A stretch of DNA of 64,000 bases from an uncultured Actinomycetota bacterium (GTDB taxonomy: Bacteria > Actinomycetota > Acidimicrobiia > Acidimicrobiales > Bog-793), in assembly GCA_963747085.1 (NCBI GenBank), contig CAVVDX010000002.1:1756655-1820654 (forward strand), in the 5' to 3' direction. A program made the position numbers and the translations under genes. Shown here in pieces: positions 50,509 to 60,654 of the stretch. Under the pieces are notes generated by a model. The model was not told the DNA's origin, did no database searches, and saw nothing but the letters and a program-made list of their open reading frames with translations. Numbering within the stretch: the first letter of the stretch is position 1; every line of letters starts with the position of its first letter.

Positions 50509-51434
50509 GTGCTGTACCACGTCAAGCGGGTGATCGTCGGCCAGGACGTGCTGCTCGAGCGCATGGTCGTCGCCCTCGTCGCCCGGGGCCATCTGCTCGT
50601 CGAAGGCGTGCCCGGACTGGCCAAGACGCTGGCGGTGAAGACCTTCGCCGACGCGCTCGGCGTCGAGTTCCAGCGCATCCAGTTCACGCCCGACCTCGTT
50701 CCGGCCGACATCGTCGGCACGAGGATCTACAACCAGAAGCTCGGCGAGTTCGAGGTCTCGCTCGGCCCGATCTTCGCCAACCTCGTGCTGGCCGACGAGA
50801 TCAACCGGGCACCGGCCAAGGTGCAGAGCGCGCTGCTCGAGGCGATGCAGGAGCGCCAGGTCACGATCGGCCGCGACACCCATCCCCTGCCCGACCCGTT
50901 CCTCGTCATGGCGACCCAGAACCCGATCGAGTCCGACGGGACCTACCCGCTCCCCGAGGCCCAGGTCGACCGGTTCATGCTCAAGGTGCTCGTCGACTAC
51001 CCGACGGCGACCGAGGAGTTCGTCATCGTCGAGCGGATGATCGCCGGCCTCGGCAAGGTGCAGCAGGTGATCGACGTCGAGCAGCTGCGGACGCTGCAGA
51101 AGGCGGTCCAGAACGTGTTCGTCGATCCGGCCCTCATCGAGTACGCGGTCGCGTGTCTCGACGGCGACGAGGAGCCCGGCGTCGTTCGGCCTCGCAGGAC
51201 GTCGCCCCCTACGTCACCTACGGCGTGAGCCCACGAGCGTCGATCTACATGGTCACGGCCGCCCAAGCCCTCGCGCTCGTGCGCGGCCGCCAGTACGTGC
51301 TGCCGGAGGACGTGCGCACGATCGCGCCGGACGTCCTCCGCCACCGCCTCGTCCTGTCGTACGAGGCGCTGAGCGACGAGGTGACAGCGCAACACGTGGT
51401 CGACGCCGTCCTGAGCGAGCGTCCCGGTCCCTGA
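50509..51434 (+). pseudogene. MoxR-family AAA+ ATPase, 2 frame switches near 51157 and 51195
   Basis: GHLLVEGVPGLAKT, LVLADEINRAPAKVQSALLEAMQERQVTI and MATQNPIE. The tail VSTATRSPASFGL, then QDVAPYVTYGVSPRASIYMV...LPEDVRTIAPDVLRHRL...-stop, is read in successive +1 frames. The start is uncertain: GTG 50509, or ATG 50454 plus a shift. Confidence 0.85.
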
Positions 51435-51479
51435 CGTCGTGTTGCGGGCCGAGAGCAGCTAGGCGCGCCGCGAGCGACC

Positions 51480-52374
51480 GTGGACAGCCGCCCCCGCGCT
51501 CACGCCCGACCGGGTCCTGCGCCGTCTCGAGTGGCAGGTGATCCGCCGCCTCGACGGCCGCCTGCAGGGCGACTACCACACGCTGCTGCGCGGCGAGGGC
51601 ACCGACTTCCTCGACCTGCGCAGCTACGAATGGGGCGACGACGTCCGCCACATCGACTGGAACGTCACGGCGCGGATGGACGAGCTGTTCGTCCGGGACT
51701 TCATGGAGGACCGGGAGCTGACCGCGTGGCTCCTGCTCGACCGGTCCCGATCGATGGCGTTCGGCCCGGTCGGGCGGACCAAGGAACGGGTGCTCTGCGA
51801 GCTGGCTGCGACGTTCGGCCAGCTGCTCGTGCGCGGGGGCAACCGCCTCGGCGCCATCGTGTACGACGGCGAGCACCGCCGGACGATCCCGCCGCGCCAG
51901 GGGCGGAACCAGGTGCTCGCGCTGGTGCGCGAGCTCCTGCGCCCGGTCGGGAGGGGCCCGACCACCGACCTCAACGAGCTGCTCGAGAGCGCCGCCCGGC
52001 TCGTGCGCCGCCGCTCGCTCGTCGTGCTGATCTCCGACTTCATCAGCGAGCCGGGGTGGGAGCGATCACTGCTCCGCCTCACCGAGCGCCACGAGGTCGT
52101 CGCCGTGCGCCTCGTCGACCCCCGTGAGTACGAGCTCCCCGACGCCGGGCTCCTGTTCGTCGAGGACGCCGAGACCGGCGAGCAGCTGCTCGTCGACTCG
52201 AGCGATCCCGAGCTTCGCCGCCGCTTGCGGGCCGCGGCCGACGAGCACGACGAGAGCGATCCGGCGTCGGCGTGGCACGGGCGCACGTACGGCTGCACGT
52301 GGTGTCGACCGAGGACGATCTCGTGAGCGCGTTCGTGCGCATCGCCCGCAGCAGCCGAGCGCCGCCGGCGATGA
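51480..52374 (+). pseudogene. DUF58-domain protein (MoxR partner), about 3 frame switches
   Basis: GTG 51480 gives VDSRP, then a +1 switch in a c-run gives ALTPDRVLRRLEWQVIRRLDGRLQGDYHTLLRGEGTDFLDLRSYEWGDDVRHIDWNVTAR... Further switches lie near 52250 and 52345. The stop overlaps the next ATG (ATGA at 52371-52374). Confidence 0.75.
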
Positions 52375-53368
52375 CCTTCCAGTCGCCGGGCATGCTGGTC
52401 GGCTCTGCTGCTCATCCCGGTCGTGGTGGCGGGCTACGTCGCGGCGGGGCGGCGGCGGGAGCAGCGACGGGCCGCGCTCGGCGCCCAAGGGCTGGTCGTC
52501 CTCCGGCCTCGGGCACCGCCAACGCGGCCCGCCGCCACCTGCCGTTCGTGTTGTTCACCGTCGCGCTCGGCCTTGCTCGTCGTCGCCTCCGCCCGACCGA
52601 GGCGACGATCACGACCCTCGAACGCCGAGCGACGGTGGTGCTCGCCCTCGACGTGTCGAACAGCATGGCGGCAACCGACGTCAAGCCCTCCCGCTTCGCT
52701 GCGGCGAAGTCGGCTGCCGTCGCCTTCGTCCGCCAGCAGCCGGCCGCCGTGCGAATCGGCGTCGTGGCCTTCGGCCAGAGCGCGGTCGATCGTGCAGCCC
52801 CCGACCACCGATCACGCCGCGGCGATCCAGGCCGTGCAGCGCCTCTCCTTGGGAGGTGGCACGTCGTTGGCGACGGGGATCCTCACCTCGCTCGACGCGA
52901 TCGCCGGCAAGGCCATCACGATCAACAAGGCGTGCCCTGGCCAACGACAACTCGAACGAGATCAACATCGGTTACTACGGCGGCTCGACGATCGTGCTGC
53001 TCTCCGACGGCGAGGACACGAGCCAGGCCGACCCGGTGACGATGGCGCGGGTGGCGTCGGTCGCGGGCGTGCGCGTCCAGACGATCGGAGTCGGCACCGC
53101 GGCCGGCACGACCGTGCACATCGGCGGATTCACCCTCGCGACCGCCTTGGACGCGCGAACGCTGCAGGCGGTGGCGAGCGTGACGAACGGGTCGTACCAC
53201 CAGGTCGACGACAGCGGCGCCGTGCAGGACGTCTCGAGGTCGATCGATCTGCACTTCGGGCTCGTCTCGCGGTTCACCGAGATCACGGCCCTCTTCGCCG
53301 CCGCCGCCGCCTTGCTCCTCGTCGCCGGCGCGCTGCTGTCGGTGATGTGGTTCGGGAGGGTGGTCTGA
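52371..53368 (+). pseudogene. VWA-domain protein (BatA-like), about 6 frame switches
   Basis: The pieces are MTFQSPGMLV, LLLIPVVVAGYVAAGRRREQRRAALGAQGLVV, ...RRHLPFVLFTVALGL, LVVASARP, EATITTLERRATVVLALDVSNSMAATDVKPSRF...VVAFGQSAV, IVQPPTTDHAAAIQAVQRLSLGGGTSLATGI...ITINK and ...GGSTIVLLSDGEDT...IGVGT...FGRVV-stop. The switch order is +1,-1,+1,-1,+1,+1. The span is 998 nt, which is 3n+2. Confidence 0.8.
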
Positions 53369-53369
53369 G

Positions 53370-54590
53370 GTGAGCTTCGCCTGGCCGCTCGCGCTCCTCG
53401 CCCTGCTCGCCGTGCCGCTCGTCGCCGGCGGCTACGTCGTGGCGATGCGCCGGCGCCGCCCTCAGGCGGTGATCTACTCGAGCCTCGACCTGCTGCGAAA
53501 GGCGGTTCCGCGACGGTCGCGCTGGCGGCGCCATCTGCCCGTCGCCCTTCTGCTCGCCAGCCTGGTCCTGCTCGCGATCGCGTCGGCCCGGCCTCAGATC
53601 ACCTCGGACGTTCCGGTCGGCCAGACCTCGATCATCCTCGCCCTCGACGACTCCGCTTCGATGTGCTCCACCGACGTGGCCCCCAACCGGTTGGCCGCAG
53701 CGCAGGGCGCCGCACGTCGGTTCGTCGACTCCCAGCCGAGCGGAGTGCGGATGGGACTGGTCGTGTTCTCCGGCTTCGCCGAGCTCGTCGTCGCGCCGAC
53801 GACGAGCCGCGCCGCGCTGGACAAGGCCATCGACAACCTGTCCACCAGCCCCGGTACCGCCATCGGTGCAGCGATCCTGCAGGCGCTCGACGCCCTCTCG
53901 CAGGTCAACCCCGCCGTTCAGCCGATCGGCAATACCGTGCTGAGCAACGCAGCTTCCGCGTTCGACTATGGCGGGACCGGCAGCTCGGGCAACGGACCCA
54001 GCGGTCAGTCGGCGAGCACGCTGCAGAAGCCCGGCAAAAACGGGTACGTGCCCGACGTCGTCGTCCTGTTGACCGACGGCTCCAACAACCGGGGCATCGA
54101 GCCGCTCGACGCCGTCCCCTACGCCGTCGCCCGGCGCGTCCGCGTCTACACGATCGGCTTCGGCACGACCCATCCGGCTCCGTTGGCGTGCTCGGCACAG
54201 CAGCTCGCCGGCACGATCGGCGGTCAAGCCGGGGGCGGCGGCTACGGCTACGGCGGCTACGGCTCTGCTGCAGGCGGTGGAGCCGGCGGTGGCGGTGGCG
54301 TTGGTGGCGGCGGCGCCGGTGGCGGCTACGGCTACGGCTACGGGGGTCCCGGGGGCCGCTCACCGCTCGTGGCCGACCTCCCCACGCTGCAGAAGGTCTC
54401 CCAGCGCACCGGTGGCCGCAGCTACGCGGCGAAGGACGAGTCGCAGCTCGACAAGGTGTTCGCACAGCTGCCGAAGGAGATCAAGGTCCAGAAGGAGCGC
54501 CACGAGATCAGCGAGACCTTCGTCCTGATCGGCGCACTGCTCGCCCTCGCTGCGATGGGGGCGGCGATCCGCTGGAGCCCGTACCCCTGA
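53370..54590 (+). CDS. VWA-domain protein (BatB-like) with Gly/Tyr-rich insert, intact
   Basis: GTG lies 1 nt after the upstream TGA, with GGGAGGG upstream. N-terminal TM, MIDAS IILALDDSASM, VVLLTDGSNN, a 46-aa GGYGYGG-type insert and a C-terminal TM. Confidence 0.85.
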   Translation: MSFAWPLALLALLAVPLVAGGYVVAMRRRRPQAVIYSSLDLLRKAVPRRSRWRRHLPVALLLASLVLLAIASARPQITSDVPVGQTSIILALDDSASMCSTDVAPNRLAAAQGAARRFVDSQPSGVRMGLVVFSGFAELVVAPTTSRAALDKAIDNLSTSPGTAIGAAILQALDALSQVNPAVQPIGNTVLSNAASAFDYGGTGSSGNGPSGQSASTLQKPGKNGYVPDVVVLLTDGSNNRGIEPLDAVPYAVARRVRVYTIGFGTTHPAPLACSAQQLAGTIGGQAGGGGYGYGGYGSAAGGGAGGGGGVGGGGAGGGYGYGYGGPGGRSPLVADLPTLQKVSQRTGGRSYAAKDESQLDKVFAQLPKEIKVQKERHEISETFVLIGALLALAAMGAAIRWSPYP

Positions 54591-54982
54591 GCACCCGGCA
54601 CGCCCGTCCCTGACGAACGCCGACCGAGACCGGGAGCACGCTCGAGGCCGCTCAGGCGGGTAGCCCGGGCGGTACGTCACACGGCAAAGCAATGAGGCCA
54701 AGCAGGTGGCCCGATGACCTGGGCAGCTGCGCTCGCACGCGGCGTGTGTCGATCCGCTGGCGGGGCACACGGCACGTCAGCTCAGCGACCGTTACCTGCT
54801 GAGGGCGCAGGGACCGATACGGCTCCCGCCACGTTCGCAGCCGCAGCCCGACCTCGCCGTGCTCGCCGTGCTCGCCTAGCGAGACCACCTCTGCCACGCC
54901 GAGCAGCCAGGCGTCGCCGACGTCGTGCTCGCGATCGAAGTCGCCGACTCGAGCCTCGCCGCCGACCGCGGAGCGGACGCAG

Positions 54983-55411
54983 TCACGTGCGCCTCGCTCC
55001 GGACGTGCAGTGATCCCGAACCCAGCTGACGATCTCCCCGGTCGTCGCGCCCGGCGTGAACAGCGCAGCGACGCCCATCGCCTCGAGCTGCTCGGCATCG
55101 TCAGGAGGGATGATGCCCCCGCCAAACACCACAATGTCCCCTGCATCGGAATCGGCGAGCAGGTCGAGCACCCGGCGGAACAGCCCCAGGTGCGCGCCGG
55201 AAAGCACCGACAGACCGATCGCGTCGGCGTCCTCCTGCACCGCCGTACGCACGATCTGCTCGGGCGTCTGATGCAGCCCGGTGTAAATCACCTCCATGCC
55301 AGCGTCGCGCAGCGCCCTGGCGACGATTTTCGCTCCACGGTCGTGACCGTCGAGCCCCGGCTTGGCCACGACGACTCGGATTCGATCCCGAGAGACGTCG
55401 GCAGCACTCAT
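54983..55411 (-). CDS. B12-binding small subunit of an acyl-CoA mutase (second copy, intact)
   Basis: ATG 55409-55411 lies 4 nt after [50 protein letters not shown] and [10 protein letters not shown]. Confidence 0.85.
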   Translation of the reverse strand: MSAADVSRDRIRVVVAKPGLDGHDRGAKIVARALRDAGMEVIYTGLHQTPEQIVRTAVQEDADAIGLSVLSGAHLGLFRRVLDLLADSDAGDIVVFGGGIIPPDDAEQLEAMGVAALFTPGATTGEIVSWVRDHCTSGARRT

Positions 55412-55535
55412 CGTTCCTCCTGCCAGCACATTCATCGCCCTCCCGCCCACGGCGCCTTGCAAACGAGCACGCCAGCCCGGTGTTGTCGACTCTTGTCGCG
55501 GATCGCGCCAGCCGTCCGCCACACGCCGGACGGTT

Positions 55536-57182
55536 TCAGCGGCTGGAGGTCGGTGCCTCGCTCGCCGCTCGGTCCGAGGCGCTGCCCCAGATCTCCCTGA
55601 GGGCCGACGTGATCTCTCCGATGGTGACGTGAGCGCGGATCGCAGCCAGGATCGCGGGAATCGTGTTCCTGCCACCTGCCGCGCTGTCCGACACCGCGCT
55701 CAGGCACTCGGCGACTCTCGAGGCGCTCCGCTCGCTCCGAATCCTTTCCAGCCGCTCGATCTGGCTGGCCGCCGCATCGTCGTCGACAACGAGCCTGCTC
55801 CGGATCGGCGACTGCTCTTCCGCACGAAACCGGTTCACGCCCACAACGGGGCGCTTGCCTGCCTCGATCTCGAGCTGTTGGAGGTACGCCTCCTTGTCGA
55901 TCTGAGATGCCGTCCACCCACTGATCAACGCCTCTACACCGCCCCCGAGGCGTTCGATCTCTCCTAGATACCCCACGATCGCTTCCTCGACTCTCGTCGT
56001 CATGTCCTCGACGAAATACGAGCCGCCCAGCGGGTCCACCGTCCGTGTCGCCCCGGTCTCATAGGCGAGAATCTGCTGGGTCCTCAACGCCACCCGTACC
56101 GACTCTTCACTTGGGAGTTGAACAGCCTCGTCATAGGCAGTCGTGGCGAGCGTCTGAACCCCCCCCAAGACGGCTGCAAGAGACTGATACGCCACCCGCA
56201 CGATGTTGTTCAACGGCTCTTGCGCCGTCTGCAGGCTCCCGAGCGTGTAGCAGAAGATCCTGCCCTTAGCGTCTTCGTCGGAGACGCCGTACCGGTCGCG
56301 TAACGTCCGCGCCCACAGCCTGCGAGCCGCCCGAAACTTCGCTACCTCCTCGAACAGATCAATACCGGCAGAAAGGAACAGCCACACCGATCCAATGAAT
56401 TGCTGGATCTCCACGCCCCGCTTAAGCGTCGCATCGATGTAGTCGAGTCCGTGCGCCAGCGCGAATGCTACTTCCTGAATAGCACTAGCGCCCGAGTCAC
56501 GAATGTGGTAGCCACAGAACTCGATTGACTCCCAATGCGGGAGATTACGTGTGCAGTACTCGATCACGTCGACCGAGAACTCCATGCCGAATCTCGGGGG
56601 AAATATATACGTGCCTCGAGCGACGTATTCTTTCAGCACATCGTTCTGCAACATGACTCGGAATTGATCAGGTGAGTATCCGAGCTCTTCGGCTGCCGCA
56701 ACGAACAGGGCCACGGCGATAGGGCCGATGGCGTTGGCAGTCGTGCGGATCTGCCGCACATGATCGAGGGCGATCCCGTCCAGCAGCTCCACCATGTCCG
56801 GCAGCGCGTCGATCGGAACTCCGACCTTGCCCACCTCGAATACGGCCAGAGGATCATCCGAGTCGAGTCCCATCTGCGTCGGAAGGTCGAGGGCGATCGA
56901 GAAACCACGTTGCCCCTGCTCGAGAAGGCTTCGGATCCGACGGTTGGTCGCCTTGGCGGAGCCGTATCCGGAGTACTGACCCATCACCCAGAGCTCTTCG
57001 CGGTACATCTCAGGGGTCACGCCACGGGTATAGGGATACTGTCCGGGCAGCCCGAGATCTACAACTGGATCGAAACTGCGACGCTCGAGGTCACGGTGAG
57101 TGTACGTCGACGCGATCGCCAAGCGCGATGCAGATTCGAACTGCTGCGTCACGCTGCGACCGGTATCGGATTCTCTGGTCAT
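55536..57182 (-). CDS. acyl-CoA mutase large (catalytic) subunit (second copy, intact, lower GC)
   Basis: 548-aa uninterrupted [81 protein letters not shown] and [12 protein letters not shown]. One 60-nt sample I counted at 56341-56400 was 50 % GC, against 75 % in a sample at 10021-10080. Confidence 0.9.
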   Translation of the reverse strand: MTRESDTGRSVTQQFESASRLAIASTYTHRDLERRSFDPVVDLGLPGQYPYTRGVTPEMYREELWVMGQYSGYGSAKATNRRIRSLLEQGQRGFSIALDLPTQMGLDSDDPLAVFEVGKVGVPIDALPDMVELLDGIALDHVRQIRTTANAIGPIAVALFVAAAEELGYSPDQFRVMLQNDVLKEYVARGTYIFPPRFGMEFSVDVIEYCTRNLPHWESIEFCGYHIRDSGASAIQEVAFALAHGLDYIDATLKRGVEIQQFIGSVWLFLSAGIDLFEEVAKFRAARRLWARTLRDRYGVSDEDAKGRIFCYTLGSLQTAQEPLNNIVRVAYQSLAAVLGGVQTLATTAYDEAVQLPSEESVRVALRTQQILAYETGATRTVDPLGGSYFVEDMTTRVEEAIVGYLGEIERLGGGVEALISGWTASQIDKEAYLQQLEIEAGKRPVVGVNRFRAEEQSPIRSRLVVDDDAAASQIERLERIRSERSASRVAECLSAVSDSAAGGRNTIPAILAAIRAHVTIGEITSALREIWGSASDRAASEAPTSSR

Positions 57183-57532
57183 TCATTGGCCTTTGTCCGA
57201 TGGAGCCAGACAGGACGTTTCCTCGCACGCCCAAACGACGTCGCAAATCATAGCTCGCGCTTCGTGCGAGACGGTCTGCAAACGAGTCAGAGCCGGCAGG
57301 GCAGCGGACATCGACGTGAACTGCCCGATGGGAGTGTCGAGGTACAGGTCGGTCATGTCGCTGTCGACCTCGCGTGCGTTGCGCGTCTGGCCCCGGAGGT
57401 GTTTGAAGGGCACCTCGGCCTCGATCGCGACGCGGCGCCGATGCCGGACGCCGAGGCGCGCCCGGCGTCAGGTCTGAACGGTAAGCTGCGCGGGCATCTT
57501 CGTGGAACGCCAGGCCAAACCGGAGGGTAGCG

Positions 57533-58675
57533 ATGGACGCTGTCATCGTCGAGGCGGTGCGCAGCGCGGTCGGCAAGCGGAATGGCGCGTTGGCCGGTGT
57601 CCATCCCGTCGACCTCTCCGCCGTCGTGCTGAACGCCCTGCTCGAGCGGACCGGATTGAACCCGGAGCAGGTCGATGACGTGTTGTGGGGATGCGTCACC
57701 CAGCTCGGTGATCAGTCGAGCAACGTGGCTCGGTTTGCGGTGCTCGCCGCTGGTTGGCCGGACAGCGTGCCGGGCGTCACGATCAACAGAGCGTGCGGCT
57801 CCAGCCAGCAGGCATTGGAGTTCGCGGTCGGCGGAGTCATTTCCGGCCAGTACGATATCGCCATTGCCGGTGGCGTCGAGGCGATGAGTCGCGTGCCGCT
57901 CGGAGCCGCACGGACAGTGGGCCTTCCTTACGGTCCGAAAGTGCTCGAGCGCTATGACAATTTCTCGTTCAATCAAGGATTGAGCGCAGAGATGATCGCT
58001 GCGAAGTGGAGCCTGTCCCGCCAGGCGCTGGACGCATACTCGGCGCGCTCGCATGAGCGTGCCGCGGCAGCGCTCGACTCCGGAGCCTTTCAGCGCCAGA
58101 TCGTCCCGGTGGACGTCGGCGGGCGACAATTCGACATCGACGAGGGCGTTCGCCGCGGCACCAGCGTCGAGTCGCTGAGCCAGCTGAAGGCGGCTTTTGT
58201 CGACGACGGCGTCATCCACGCCGGCAACTCCTCGCAGATCTCGGACGGGGCAGCCGCCGTCCTCGTCATGAGCTCCGCTCGAGCTTATGAGCTCGGTCTG
58301 GCCCCGATTGTGCGATACCACAGCGGAGCCGTTGTGGGCGCGGACCCGGTCGAGATGCTGACCGCGCCGATCGCTGCCACGGAGAAGCTGCTCAAGCGGT
58401 CCAACGTGTCGCTCGACGACATCGGCGTGTTCGAGGTCAACGAAGCCTTCTCGCCAGTGCCCCTCGTATGGCTCGCCGAGCTCGGCGCAGATCCGGAGCT
58501 CCTGAACCCTCTCGGCGGTGCCATCGCGCTCGGTCACCCGTTGGGCGCCTCAGGTGCCGTTCTCCTGACGAGGATGGTGCACCACATGCGCGATCGGGGA
58601 ATCAGGTACGGCTTGCAGACGATGTGCGAGGGCGGCGGGACCGCGAACGCGACGCTGCTCGAGCTGGCCCAGTAG
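57533..58675 (+). CDS. acetyl-CoA C-acyltransferase (thiolase II family)
   Basis: ATG follows GGAGGG. NRACGSSQQA (active Cys), GNSSQISDGAAA, NPLGGAIALGHPLGASG and CEGGG. Confidence 0.95.
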   Translation: MDAVIVEAVRSAVGKRNGALAGVHPVDLSAVVLNALLERTGLNPEQVDDVLWGCVTQLGDQSSNVARFAVLAAGWPDSVPGVTINRACGSSQQALEFAVGGVISGQYDIAIAGGVEAMSRVPLGAARTVGLPYGPKVLERYDNFSFNQGLSAEMIAAKWSLSRQALDAYSARSHERAAAALDSGAFQRQIVPVDVGGRQFDIDEGVRRGTSVESLSQLKAAFVDDGVIHAGNSSQISDGAAAVLVMSSARAYELGLAPIVRYHSGAVVGADPVEMLTAPIAATEKLLKRSNVSLDDIGVFEVNEAFSPVPLVWLAELGADPELLNPLGGAIALGHPLGASGAVLLTRMVHHMRDRGIRYGLQTMCEGGGTANATLLELAQ

Positions 58676-58705
58676 CGCGCTGATCGGGAGCGCCGCTGCT
58701 CGGTG

Positions 58706-59866
58706 CTACTCACAACCCCACTCGGCGATGACCTCTGCACCGTGCTCGCCGAGGCGAGGGGGTGGGCGGTAGGCCTCGAACTCGTAGCCGGTCAGACGCA
58801 CCGGGTTGCCGACGCCGTGAGCGCTCCCCCCCGCCGCAAGGCCCACGTCCACGAGCAGCCCTGACTCGAGGACGTGTGCGTCGTGGAGCACTTCTTCATA
58901 GTCGTAGACGGGCGAAGCAGGGATTCCGTTCGTCTCGAATGCCTCGAGCCATTGGGCGATCGAGCGCTTCCTCAACAGCGGCTCGAGCAGCTTCTCCAGC
59001 TCGAGCTGATGCTCGACCCGCCTGGCCTGGTCGGTGAATCTCGGGTCGGATTTCAGCTCCGGCACCGCGAGCAGGTCGCACAGGCGTTCGTAGAGGTCCT
59101 GCGCGCCGGCGGCCACCACCATATAGCCGTCAGCCGCCAGGAAGGCCTGGTACGGCGCGTTCTGGGGATGCCGGGATCCGAGCCGACCCGGTGGAGCTCC
59201 TCCGGCCCAGTACTCGCTGGTCTGGATCGTGGAGATCCCCAGGATGCACGACAGCATCGAGCAGTCGATGTACCCACCGACGCCCGTCCGCTCGACCCGC
59301 AGCAAGGCAGCGTTGATCGCCGACGCCGCGTACAGACCCGCTGTGAAGTCGGCGACGGCCACACCGCATTTGGCCGGTCCCTTATCGGGCTCGCCGGTCA
59401 CACTCATGACGCCGCTGATCGCCTGGATGGCGACGTCGAAGGCACCGCGCTGGGCATACCGGCCGGTCTGGCCGTACCCGGAGATCGAGCAGTAGACGAG
59501 CGGGCCGGGGACAGGTGAGACATCGCTGTAGGCGAGCCCGAGGCGAGCCATCGCACCTGGCCGGTGGTTCTCGACCACAACCGCCGCAGCCGAACAGAGC
59601 CTTCGGGCGCTCAGGACCCCCTCCTTGCTCCGGAGGTCGAGAACGACACTGCGCTTGTTCCGGTTCAGAGCGACGAAGTTCGCTCCGAGCAAGGTCCCAT
59701 CTGCGTCCTCGACGAATGGCGGCCAGCGCCGAAGGCGGTCTCCATTGGGAGACTCGATCTTGACGACATCGGCCCCCCAGTCCGCGAGGATCAAGCTGCA
59801 AGCAGGTCCGGCGGCGAATTCCCCGAACTCGACGACGCGGACGCCCTCGAGCGGTCGTCCGGTCAT
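58706..59866 (-). CDS. family III CoA-transferase (CaiB/BaiF)
   Basis: LEGVRVVEFGEFAAGPACSLILADWGADVVKIESP and FDVAIQAISGVMSVTG. Intact 386 aa. ATGA overlap with the upstream gene. Confidence 0.9.
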   Translation of the reverse strand: MTGRPLEGVRVVEFGEFAAGPACSLILADWGADVVKIESPNGDRLRRWPPFVEDADGTLLGANFVALNRNKRSVVLDLRSKEGVLSARRLCSAAAVVVENHRPGAMARLGLAYSDVSPVPGPLVYCSISGYGQTGRYAQRGAFDVAIQAISGVMSVTGEPDKGPAKCGVAVADFTAGLYAASAINAALLRVERTGVGGYIDCSMLSCILGISTIQTSEYWAGGAPPGRLGSRHPQNAPYQAFLAADGYMVVAAGAQDLYERLCDLLAVPELKSDPRFTDQARRVEHQLELEKLLEPLLRKRSIAQWLEAFETNGIPASPVYDYEEVLHDAHVLESGLLVDVGLAAGGSAHGVGNPVRLTGYEFEAYRPPPRLGEHGAEVIAEWGCE

Positions 59867-60654
59867 CGGTCGGTGAACTTCGGCGCACGTCGGGCATAGA
59901 ATGCCTCGAGGCCTTCCGCATAGTCAGCGGAATGGATCGCTCGCTGCTCGATCTCGAAAGCCTTCGGCTCTGCCTCGGGATCTCGCTGCTGAATCATCGA
60001 GATGATCTCCTTCGTCGCGGCGATCGCCGACCTCGAACGCCTGCCGATCTCCCGGGCGAGCTGCTCGGTCGCAGCGACGAACTGGTCTGCGTCGAGAATC
60101 TCGGAGACGAGTCCCAGACGTAGCGCCTCGTGCGCGGAGAGCGCGCGCCCCGTCATCAGCATGAACCTGGCGCTCGCCGCTCCGATCGAGTCCACCAACC
60201 GACGGGTCGAGGGGTAGGGATAGACGATGCCGAGCCCAGTGGGCGAGAGCATGAATGAAGCGCTGTCGTCGGCGACGGCGAAGTCGCATGCGAGCACCAG
60301 CTCCACGCCGCCTCCCACGCAGGCACCTCGTACGCAGGCGACCGTTGGCTTGGAGCAGCGCCTGACCGCCGCCAGCGACTGCTCGAGGGCTGCCCCGAAG
60401 ACGGCGAAGCCGGCGCCGTCGCGCCGCGTCAGCCGGATCTCGTCGAGGTCCGCACCCGCGCAGAAAGCCGCCGGATCAGTGCTGCGAATCAAGAGGACCT
60501 GGAGATCGTTGTCGTCGTCGAACTCACCGACCAGCTCGGCCAAGCGCGACCACATCTCGATCGTGAGGGCGTTGCGCTTCTCGACGCGACGCAGGCAAAG
60601 CGTCGCCACCGGGGGCTCTAGCAACAAGCTGAGCGGTTCGTCGAGCTGGCTCAT
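59863..60654 (-). CDS. enoyl-CoA hydratase/isomerase (crotonase) family
   Basis: 263 aa from the ATG at 60652-60654 (ATGA overlap). FCAGADL and GACVGGGVELVLACDF. I discount the upstream 106 codons of the track ORF. Confidence 0.9.
   Translation of the reverse strand: MSQLDEPLSLLLEPPVATLCLRRVEKRNALTIEMWSRLAELVGEFDDDNDLQVLLIRSTDPAAFCAGADLDEIRLTRRDGAGFAVFGAALEQSLAAVRRCSKPTVACVRGACVGGGVELVLACDFAVADDSASFMLSPTGLGIVYPYPSTRRLVDSIGAASARFMLMTGRALSAHEALRLGLVSEILDADQFVAATEQLAREIGRRSRSAIAATKEIISMIQQRDPEAEPKAFEIEQRAIHSADYAEGLEAFYARRAPKFTDR

Noticed and set aside
21400-53400. Programmed ribosomal frameshifting or transcriptional slippage as the cause of the frame switches
   Set aside because: The switch sites share no slippery heptamer, no homopolymer of useful length and no downstream structure. 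They occur up to nine times per gene in both directions and in unrelated gene families. No known recoding mechanism behaves like this.
54591-54982. Small gene between the VWA gene and the B12 subunit (track ORF 54652..55146, minus)
   Set aside because: It overlaps the 3-prime end of the B12-binding gene. It has no start with an RBS, contains a ggcgagcac repeat and shows no family resemblance. I leave it unannotated.
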